This document shows, in pieces, positions 34,721-47,075 of a stretch of 64,000 nt of DNA. The notes under the pieces were generated by a model. The model saw only the letters and a program-made list of their open reading frames with translations, had not been told where the DNA came from and ran no database searches. The DNA comes from an uncultured Eubacteriales bacterium (GTDB lineage: Bacteria > Bacillota > Clostridia > Christensenellales > CAG-138): the NCBI GenBank assembly GCA_900319345.1, contig ONNZ01000008.1, positions 14,057 to 78,056 on the forward strand, in the 5' to 3' direction. The translations under genes were made by a program, and so were the position numbers. The first letter of the stretch is position 1. Every line of letters begins with the position of its first letter.

Positions 34721-35407
34721 TTAAAAGTCGAACTGGCGGCAGTAGAGATATTTGCTGGCCGCCGTGTGGGAAGCTGCGTTCACCTGGAGGAGGGAGCGCA
34801 CGTAGCTGGGCAGGTACTTGTTGAACTTGACCTCCAGGATACATGCGTTCGGAAACTCCGTGGCTGGGAAGGTGGGCGTGTGGGGATCGAACAGGTCCGT
34901 GCACCGAAGCCCCGTGCGGATATTGCGGTCGATGGTCACCCGCACGTCCTCCAGGGGGAAGACGAAGGGCTCCCGATCGTAGTCCACCAGCACCTTGGGC
35001 CGCCAGCCCTCGGTCCGAAGGGCCGCGTAGAGCTCGGCGGCGAAATCCTCCTGCCGATGGAGGAGGAAGCCGTATTCCCCCGCCAGGATGGCGTCGCACT
35101 GCTGCCGGGTGATGAGCAGACTCTTCTTGCCGATGAACTGGCCGTTCTTATGCTTGCGCTCGAACTTGATGACCTTGTCGGACATGTCGTAGATACGGAT
35201 GCGGTACTTGTCCCGAAACTCCACGCCGTCGGTCTTCTCCCCCACCGCCTTCTCGAAGGGCGTGTCGAAGTAGAGGCTGCGGATGAAGTAGGTGCCGCCG
35301 TTCTTCACCGCGTGAGGGTCCTGGGACAGGGTGAGCCGAAGCCGGGTGGCCAGAAACTCCGCCTCCCCCAGGCTGATCAGATATTTTATCTCATGCCTGT
35401 ATTCCAT
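34721..35407 (-). CDS. VTC-domain (Vtc4-like polyphosphate polymerase / triphosphate-tunnel) protein
   Basis: MEYRHEIKYLI (tunnel N-terminal strand signature), FIRSLYFDTP, RIRIY, KFERKHK and ILEVKF. These are the alternating basic/acidic beta-strands typical of the VTC/CYTH fold. Confidence 0.8.
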   Translation of the reverse strand: MEYRHEIKYLISLGEAEFLATRLRLTLSQDPHAVKNGGTYFIRSLYFDTPFEKAVGEKTDGVEFRDKYRIRIYDMSDKVIKFERKHKNGQFIGKKSLLITRQQCDAILAGEYGFLLHRQEDFAAELYAALRTEGWRPKVLVDYDREPFVFPLEDVRVTIDRNIRTGLRCTDLFDPHTPTFPATEFPNACILEVKFNKYLPSYVRSLLQVNAASHTAASKYLYCRQFDF

Positions 35408-35413
35408 GGTCCC

Positions 35414-38400
35414 TCACTCCGTTCGACCGAAGATCTCCATCATCTTCTGGTCCGTCAGGTTATAGTTGGTGTTCTTCTTGATGTAGTTCTTCAGGTACTT
35501 GAAGTAGTACTCCTGATAGTGGTTGGCGTAGCCCTTCACGTTGTTCAGGTGGGCCTTCCAGTTCTTCACCGTCAGGCTCCAGCGGGGGAAGTCCCACTCG
35601 ATCTCCGAGGCGATGTTGCTGGAGAGGGCGTCCACCTTGGCCACGATCTTCTCCGGTGAGTATACCTCATTGACCATCTTGGCGCAATACTTCAGGAAGA
35701 TTTCCACAAAGTCGTTGTTTTTCAGCAAGGACCGCGCCAGGACCGTGGAAAAGCCCTTGCCCGCCCCGTGACCGTCGGGATGGAAATACTTCGTGAAGAA
35801 GTCCCGCCGATAGCCGTTAGTATAGGCTTCCTCCTTTTCGTCGTTCCGGGCCATGGCGTCGTCGAAGTCGTAGAGGATCCAGCGCCACTTGCCGTCCTTC
35901 TCGCTGGAGCGCCACCACTTGATGTTGCCGGAGTCGTTGTTGCCGGTGACGATCTCCACGGCGCAGTACATGGCGAAGTTCTCCACGTCGATCTGGGAGC
36001 AGACGTATTCGTAGTCCCCGTAGTTGCTGAGGTCGCAGTTCTTGCTCTTGCAGAAGTCGATCAGGGCCTGATAGTCCTTCACGCAATCGGGATCACCGGC
36101 GGCGTAGACGCCGTTCCACTTCATGACGTCGATGCTGTCCTTGTTGGTGATGGAGTAGTGCTGGGCGATGAAGGACCGGCTGATCTTCTCCCGGAGGTTG
36201 TAGACCCCCCAGTACTGGCCGTTCAGGTACAGGGCCGTCTGCACGTAGGCCTGGACGGCGGTGTCCAGCCCCGCGTCCTCGATGAGGCCCGTCATCATGA
36301 TGTCCCGCAGCTTGGTGGCCACGGCGTCCTTGGCGGAGCACCGAAGCACCAGGGATTCATAGCTCGTAAAGGGCCGGTTGGAGAAGAAGGGGTAGTCCAG
36401 GGTGGAGCCGCCGTAGCCCTTGCGGGCGATGAGGGCTAAGTTCCGCTGCTTCTGGTACCGGGAGAAGGCCCCGAAGATGCGGATCATCAGATCCGACTCG
36501 AAGATGACCTCTTTGCCGCCGGCGCTGGTATAGGTCCAGTGCGCGGGGCGCTCCCATTCCCGGCCTCGCTGGTTGTAGTTGGCGCCCAGCTTCCTATCGT
36601 TGGAGGGGGTGGTCCACTCCGTGGCCGCGGTCTTGCCCTGATAGTGGCTGCCCACCACATAGATGCCGTAATCCACGTTAAAGAGGTTGTCCGGGTCGGT
36701 GACCAGGAAGCACACGGGGAGCGTGGAATCGTGGGCGTCGGTGGTCTGGGTATCCCCCACGATGATATAGGTGTTGGAGACCACCGGGCTCTTATAGAGG
36801 GTCCCGTTCTCGCTGAAGGCCCGGGCCCGCAGCACCGCATTTTGGCTGAAGGTCAGCTGCTCCCCCGCCCGATAGCGGGTGGAGCTCTCCGTGGGGGTGG
36901 TGCAGTCCAGGGTATAGGTCACATAGGTCCCGGCCGGGATCTCCATGCTGACGACCTGGGTGCCGTGATAGACGCCGCTGGGCACGGAGACCACGGGCGC
37001 CTCGCAGTAGGCGCTGCCCATAAGAGGCGCGGTGTTGGCCGCCCCCTGGGTGGGCGTGTCGCAAAGGCCCCAGCTGTCCCCCACCTTGGCGTAGGACACG
37101 CAGGCCACGGACAGGGGCACCGTCACCCGATCGATGAGGGTGCCTGCGTTGTTATAGAGATAGAGTGTCTCCCCCAGACCGGATACGGCGAAATTCAGCG
37201 TCCGCGCCTTCATCTCGGCGGTGACGCTCTTCTCGTCCTTGCCTTCCAGCGGAAGGCTGCCGCTCATGTAGAGGATGAGATATCCTTTCCCGGCGATACT
37301 CGTTCCCTCAGGAAAAACCCATTTCGTGGGCTTTTTCTCGTTGTCTGACAGGGAGTAGCCCGTCAGGGAAACGGTTTGGTCGGAGCGGTTATAGAGCTCC
37401 ACCCACTTGCCCTGATCGTCGTCGTCCGGGGTGTTCTTCGCATCCAGCTTGTAGCGATAGCCGTCGGAAAGGATCTCGGAGAAGGTGATGTCGTGGACGC
37501 CCACGTCCGGGTTCCGCTGCTTGTCGAAGGCGGTGTAGCCCGCGACGGTGTTGGGGTAGCCGGGGGTGGGCTTGTCGGAGGATACGAAGCCGGACTGGGT
37601 GTCGAGATCGCCGCTGCCGGTGTAGCCCCGGATCATGCTGCAGTCCTTGGTCTGGACGCCGAACTCGCACATATCGAGGATGCCGCCGTTCTTATCCACC
37701 AGGATCACGGCGTCCCCCTTGCTGCCGGACAGGTTGAAGGGCAGGGAGATATAGCCCTCCATCTCCTCGGGCATGCACCAAAGGAGCAGGTACTGGCCCG
37801 GGTCGATGGAAGATCCCTGGGGGAAGGTGAACTTATAGGGCTTGCGGATATCGTCGCTGATGCCGCAGCCGGAAAGATCCACGGGAGCGTTGGTGGTGTT
37901 GTGAAGCTCGATCCAGTCGGGATACTGGCCGTTGGGGCCCGCGGTGGTGGTGCCGTTGCGGGCCATGAGCTCGGAGATATAGACCCCGTTGTGCTGGGCG
38001 GTGGCACCTACGCTGAGGGGCGCGTCGTTCTCCCCCAGCTTCCGGCTCTCCTCATAGGCCGCCACGCCGGCGGGGGTGTTGGGATAGAGGGGCGAGGGCA
38101 GCATGTCCTCATACTGCCGGGTCTCCTCATTCCAGCACAGGGCATAGCCCGTATAGACGGAGGGCAGCTCCATGGTGAACAGAGGCTCGCCCGCCGCGTT
38201 GGTGAGCCGGATCACGTCCCCGACGCCCAGCTTGAAGTCGGCGATGAGGGCGTTTTCCACCTTCTCGCCGGTGCACCAGACCAGGATGTACCCGTCGGGG
38301 GGCAGCACGGTCTTGTCGGGAAAGACCCACAGCCGATCCTCCCGGTCAGAGAGGCCCCAGCCGGAGATGTCCTGCGCCTCGCTGGATGTGTTGTGCAGCT

Positions 38401-38620
38401 CCACATAGTCCGGATGGTTGCCTGCCCCATCGGAGACGATGCCCGTGTTGTTGGTCATGATCTCGCTGATGATCACGTCCGTGGTCAGCTGGACCGCGGG
38501 CGCTTCCGCCGCCTTCTTTTTGCGGCAGGAGGCCCAGCTCACGCCGATGATGAGCAGCAGCACCAGCACCACGGCAACGGCGGGTTTGACCATCGCTTGT
38601 TGTGCGCGCCTACGCTTCAT
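35414..38620 (-). CDS. N-terminally anchored CotH kinase family protein with three lamin-tail domains
   Basis: TM helix at aa 12-30. LTD-like repeats near aa 48-160, 212-330 and 378-515 (ISEIMTNN...DYVELHN...ISGWGLSD and paralogous segments). Chitobiase-C-like segment at aa 540-620. CotH region from about aa 635 (LNGQYWGVYNLREK...). Confidence 0.85.
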   Translation of the reverse strand: MKRRRAQQAMVKPAVAVVLVLLLIIGVSWASCRKKKAAEAPAVQLTTDVIISEIMTNNTGIVSDGAGNHPDYVELHNTSSEAQDISGWGLSDREDRLWVFPDKTVLPPDGYILVWCTGEKVENALIADFKLGVGDVIRLTNAAGEPLFTMELPSVYTGYALCWNEETRQYEDMLPSPLYPNTPAGVAAYEESRKLGENDAPLSVGATAQHNGVYISELMARNGTTTAGPNGQYPDWIELHNTTNAPVDLSGCGISDDIRKPYKFTFPQGSSIDPGQYLLLWCMPEEMEGYISLPFNLSGSKGDAVILVDKNGGILDMCEFGVQTKDCSMIRGYTGSGDLDTQSGFVSSDKPTPGYPNTVAGYTAFDKQRNPDVGVHDITFSEILSDGYRYKLDAKNTPDDDDQGKWVELYNRSDQTVSLTGYSLSDNEKKPTKWVFPEGTSIAGKGYLILYMSGSLPLEGKDEKSVTAEMKARTLNFAVSGLGETLYLYNNAGTLIDRVTVPLSVACVSYAKVGDSWGLCDTPTQGAANTAPLMGSAYCEAPVVSVPSGVYHGTQVVSMEIPAGTYVTYTLDCTTPTESSTRYRAGEQLTFSQNAVLRARAFSENGTLYKSPVVSNTYIIVGDTQTTDAHDSTLPVCFLVTDPDNLFNVDYGIYVVGSHYQGKTAATEWTTPSNDRKLGANYNQRGREWERPAHWTYTSAGGKEVIFESDLMIRIFGAFSRYQKQRNLALIARKGYGGSTLDYPFFSNRPFTSYESLVLRCSAKDAVATKLRDIMMTGLIEDAGLDTAVQAYVQTALYLNGQYWGVYNLREKISRSFIAQHYSITNKDSIDVMKWNGVYAAGDPDCVKDYQALIDFCKSKNCDLSNYGDYEYVCSQIDVENFAMYCAVEIVTGNNDSGNIKWWRSSEKDGKWRWILYDFDDAMARNDEKEEAYTNGYRRDFFTKYFHPDGHGAGKGFSTVLARSLLKNNDFVEIFLKYCAKMVNEVYSPEKIVAKVDALSSNIASEIEWDFPRWSLTVKNWKAHLNNVKGYANHYQEYYFKYLKNYIKKNTNYNLTDQKMMEIFGRTE

Positions 38621-38663
38621 TCCCTTTCCTCGTTTCCTGAATAATCGTTCTGTGTATCATACC

Positions 38664-38731
38664 ATAGGGAGGGACAGAGTTTCCATGGCCCGGAGCCACT
38701 TTTAACACTCTGTATACAATCCCTCCCCTAT
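38664..38731. other. long imperfect hairpin between the gyrA stop and the CotH start
   Basis: atagggagggacagagt (38664-38680) pairs with actctg..tccctcccctat (38707-38731). Confidence 0.5.
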
Positions 38732-38741
38732 TTCTTCGCTT

Positions 38742-41246
<2,505 letters not shown>

Positions 41247-41259
41247 ATCTTAAACCTCG

Positions 41260-43499
<2,240 letters not shown>

Positions 43500-44597
43500 T
43501 TATACTTCAATCAGATGGCCGTTCCCGGCCCGGAATACCTGCAGCTGTTCGTCCTGGACCGCGCCCAGCTCGCCTAGGTGGGTGCAGGTGATGAACCCCT
43601 GGCAGCCCTCGATGGCGGATAAGAGGAGCTCCCGCCGCCGCTCGTCCAGCTCGGAGAACACGTCATCGAGAAGCAGCACCGGCTTCTCCTGCCGCAGGCG
43701 CTCGATGAGGGCGATCTCCGAGAGCTTCAACGACAAGGCCGTGGTCCGCTGCTGGCCCTGGGAGCCGTAGGTCCTGACGTCGCAGCCGTTGAGCTCCAAC
43801 AGCAGGTCGTCCCGATGAGGGCCCGCCGAGGTGAAGCCGCGAAGAAGGTCCTTCTCCAGGTTCCCCACCAACGCGTCCGCGATAGCCTCCCGGATCAGCT
43901 CCTCGTCCCCGCAGGGCACGTTGGGCTCGTACTCCACCCGAAGCTCCTCCTTGCCGCTGCTCATGTGGTCGTGGAGCTCCCCCGCCAGCTCCTTCAAGTC
44001 CCGGCAGAAGGCGGCCCGGGCGATCTCGATGCGGGCGCCCAGGCGGCTCAATTGCTCGTCCCACAGCTCCAGCATGTCCCCGGCGGTCTCGATCCCGTCC
44101 TTCAACAGGTTGTTCCGCTGCTTCAGGGCCTGGTTGTACTGCTGCAGGTCGTAGTAGTAGGCGGGCTTCAGCTGGGAGATCTCCATGTCCATGAACCGCC
44201 GCCGTTCCGCAGGCCCGCCCTTCACCAGGATCAGATCCTCCGGGGAGAACATGACCACGTTGAGGCAGCCCATGAGCTCGCCGGACTTGGATACCGGGGC
44301 CCCGTCCAGGAAGATGCGCTTGCGCTCGCCGCTGACCAGCTCCTCCCGGATGGAACGGCTGCCGCCCCGGGTGACCAGGTTCAAAAGGACCATGCCCTCC
44401 ATCTCGCCCATGCGGATGAGCTCGGCGTCCCGGCTGGTCCGATGGCTCCGGCCCAGGGCGCATAAAAAGATGGCTTCCAGCACGTTGGTCTTCCCCGCGC
44501 CGTTCAATCCGGTGAACACCGTGAGGCCCGGTTCGAAGGCCTGTTCCAGGTCCCTGTAGTTGCGAAAATTATGCAATTTCAGCCCGGTTATGCGCAC
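43500..44597 (-). CDS. recF: DNA replication/repair protein RecF
   Basis: GTG 44597 gives (M)RITGLKLHNFRNYRD...GLNGAGKTNVLEAI (Walker A). The track ORF has a 54-aa extension that runs through an AT-rich promoter. Confidence 0.88.
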   Translation of the reverse strand: MRITGLKLHNFRNYRDLEQAFEPGLTVFTGLNGAGKTNVLEAIFLCALGRSHRTSRDAELIRMGEMEGMVLLNLVTRGGSRSIREELVSGERKRIFLDGAPVSKSGELMGCLNVVMFSPEDLILVKGGPAERRRFMDMEISQLKPAYYYDLQQYNQALKQRNNLLKDGIETAGDMLELWDEQLSRLGARIEIARAAFCRDLKELAGELHDHMSSGKEELRVEYEPNVPCGDEELIREAIADALVGNLEKDLLRGFTSAGPHRDDLLLELNGCDVRTYGSQGQQRTTALSLKLSEIALIERLRQEKPVLLLDDVFSELDERRRELLLSAIEGCQGFITCTHLGELGAVQDEQLQVFRAGNGHLIEV

Positions 44598-44624
44598 AAA
44601 GCCCAACCCCCACAAGAATAAAGC

Positions 44625-44653
44625 ATTATACCATATGTTGTTTTGTTTGTAAA
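44625..44653 (-). promoter_or_regulatory. strong sigma-A promoter of recF
   Basis: Minus strand reads TTTACA, 17-nt spacer, TGgTATAAT (extended -10), about 27 nt before GTG 44597. Confidence 0.6.
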
Positions 44654-44730
44654 CTATAATAGGAAAAGAAATGATGCTTCGACCGATATTTTGTGGTTTC
44701 GCCCCCCGGATAACGGCCATAAAAAACGCC

Positions 44731-44759
44731 CCTCCCGCAGGAAGGGCGTCCCCCGTCAA
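44731..44759 (-). terminator. intrinsic terminator after the DUF1540 gene
   Basis: Minus strand reads ACGCCCTTCC-tgcg-GGAGGGGCGT followed by TTTTTTA. Confidence 0.8.
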
Positions 44760-44768
44760 AGGGTGCGC

Positions 44769-44936
44769 TTATTCATTCTCGGTCCCGCAGCGATAGGACG
44801 CGCACAGGCTCTCGTTTTCCCGGCCGCAGTCCTCGCCGCAGCAGCTGACCTCGATGTGGTCGAGATCGCAGCGGACGCCCTCATGGTTGTAGGCGCAGCT
44901 CACTACATCGCAGCCGATGGTCTGTTTTTTCTCCAT
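44769..44936 (-). CDS. DUF1540 cysteine-rich small protein (55 aa; below the ORF-track cutoff)
   Basis: My translation: MEKKQTIGCDVVSCAYNHEGVRCDLDHIEVSCCGEDCGRENESLCASYRCGTENE. AAGGAGG lies 7 nt upstream. Confidence 0.8.
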   Translation of the reverse strand: MEKKQTIGCDVVSCAYNHEGVRCDLDHIEVSCCGEDCGRENESLCASYRCGTENE

Positions 44937-45012
44937 GGTCAAACCTCCTTGTAGATTCGAGGATAGCTTGCCCGGGCGACGGCCGGTCTATGCGTTTTAT
45001 CGGTATGAACGG

Positions 45013-45170
45013 AAGCTTCTGTGGCTTTTCTTTGTAAAGAAAAGCCACCCAAAAGAAACGCAAAAGGGAAGCACAGCTTATACCGTACTTCCCATTTGAA
45101 TTCTTAAGCTTCTCTTTTTTGGGCACCTTTTTTCTCTTCACCGAAGAGAAAAAAGGTGCAAAAGAAAAGG
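45013..45170. repeat. AG/CT-rich nested-hairpin repeat family, full copy D
   Basis: Hairpins at 45021-45048 (gtggcttttctttg-taaagaaaagccac), 45066-45093 (gggaag...cttccc, followed on the minus strand by TTTTGCGTTTCTTTT) and 45123-45159 (gcaccttttttctcttc-acc-gaagagaaaaaaggtgc). The right end aaaagaaaaggTTA abuts the typA stop. Confidence 0.85.
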
Positions 45171-46920
45171 TTACACCTGTATCCCCCGGGCGGCCAGCTT
45201 CATGCGCTGCTCCTTGGAGAGGACCTTCTTGCGCATGCGGATGCTCTTGGGGGTCACCTCTACCAGTTCGTCGTCCGCGATGAACTCCAAACACTGCTCC
45301 AGGGTGAAGATCACCGGCGGCGTCAGCCGAAGGGCCTCGTCGGAGCCTGCGGCCCGCATGTTGGTCACGTGCTTCTTCTTGCACACGTTGACCACGATGT
45401 CCTCGTCCCGGGCGTTCTCGCCCACGATCTGGCCCTCGTACACCGGGATGCCGGGGCCTACGAACAGGCGGCCCCGATCCTGGGCGTAGAAGAGGCCGTA
45501 GCTACTGGTGTCCCCGGTCTCGTGGGCCACCAGGCTCCCGCTGCTGCGGCTCTCGATGGGCCCCTTGTAGGTGTCGTAGCCCGCGAAGATGTGGCTCATG
45601 ACGCCGTTGCCCTTGGTGTCGGTCAAAAGCTCGCTCCGATAGCCCATGAGGCCCCGGGCGGGGATCATGAACTTCACCCGGGTGCTGAAGTCGCCGATGG
45701 CGGTCATGTCCGTCATCTCGCCCTTGCGGGCCCCCAGCTTCTCCATGACCGGGCCCATGAACTCCGTGGGCACGTCGATGGTCAGTTCCTCCATGGGCTC
45801 CAGCATCTCGCCGTTGGGCCCCTCCTTCATGATGACCTTGGGCCGGGTCACGGCGAATTCATACCCCTCCCGGCGCATGGTCTCGATGAGGATGGACAGG
45901 TGCAGTTCGCCCCGGCCGCTGACCTTGAAGGTGTCGGTGGTCTCGGTCTCCTCCACCCGCATGGACACGTTGGTCTTGACCTCCTTGAAGAGCCGCTCCC
46001 GGATGTTCCGGCTGGTCACGTACCGGCCCTCCCGCCCGGCGAAGGGGCTGTCGTTGACCTTGAAGAGCATGCTGACCGTGGGCTCGTCGATGTGCACGAA
46101 GGGCATGGGCTCCACGCAGGCGGGGTCGCAGGCGGTCTCGCCCACGTTCAGATCCTCAGCGCCGGCCATGCAGAGGATATCCCCCGCGTGGACCTCCTCC
46201 ACCTCCACCCGGTGCAAGCCTTCGAACCGGTACAGCCGGGAGATCTTGGCGGGCCGGACCTTGTTCCCTTCGCCGCCGCAGAGGACGATGCTCTGTCCCC
46301 GCTTCGCCACGCCCCGCTCGATGCGGCCCACGCCGATCTTGCCCACGTAATCGTCGTAGTCGATGGTGGAGAACAGGATCTGCAGCGGCGCGCTGTCGTC
46401 CATGGCGGGGGCCGGGATGGCCTTCAGGATGGTGTCGAAGATGGGCTTCATGCTGTGCTCCAGCTGGTCCAACTCGTAGCCGGACATGCCGTTGCGGGCG
46501 GAGGCGTAGACGATGGGGAAGTCCAGCTGCTCGGCGGTGGCGCCCAGCTCGATGAACAGCTCCAGGGTCTCGTCCACCACCTCGTCGGGGCGGGCGTCGG
46601 GCCGGTCCACCTTGTTGATGACCACCACGGGCACCTTCCCCAGCTCCAACGCCTTCTTCAGCACGAACCGGGTCTGGGGCATGCAGCCCTCGAAGGCGTC
46701 CACCAGCAGCAGCACGCCGTCCACCATCTGCAAAGCTGACGGCGGTGTTCTTGGAGAGGATGGTGATGCCCCGCTCCCGCTCCAGATCCCCGCTGTCCAT
46801 GACGCGGTCCACGCCCACCTCGCTCCGGCGGAGGACGCCGGCGTCCTGCAAAAGATGATCCACCAGGGTGGTCTTGCCGTGGTCGACATGGGCGATGATC
46901 GCAACGTTTCTGATTTCCAT
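45171..46920 (-). pseudogene. typA: typA/bipA translational GTPase disrupted by an internal out-of-frame deletion
   Basis: Frame 1 from ATG 46920 reads [25 protein letters not shown]...[17 protein letters not shown]. Frame 2 resumes at [25 protein letters not shown] (M codon 46727-46725) and runs to the stop at 45171. The roughly 25 aa that normally lie between them (xxINIVDTPGHADFGGEVER) are missing. Confidence 0.8.
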
Positions 46921-47075
46921 TGTGTTTCCTCGAAATAATCTACCTTTGTTCCTTTAAAAACCGTAATAGTATACCACATTTTTCCGCCGACGCAAGCTTT
47001 TTTCACATTCGGAACATAAAAACACGCACCCTTCCGTGTTGAAAAGGTGCGTGCAGGTCCCTTTGTTCCCGTGCC

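Noticed and set aside
44598-44760. Replication origin or DnaA-box cluster next to recF/gyrB
   Set aside because: There are only weak partial matches to TTATCCACA (for example ttgtggttt), no dnaA or dnaN nearby, and no strand switch of gene orientation. The AT-rich stretch is explained by the recF promoter.
45171-47006. 611-aa ORF that might be read as an intact typA with an alternative N-terminus (MKKACVGGKMWY...)
   Set aside because: Its first 93 aa have no GTPase motifs. The true G1/G2 region (AHVDHGKT...) is encoded in another frame from ATG 46920, so the long ORF is an accidental open frame upstream of the deletion junction.
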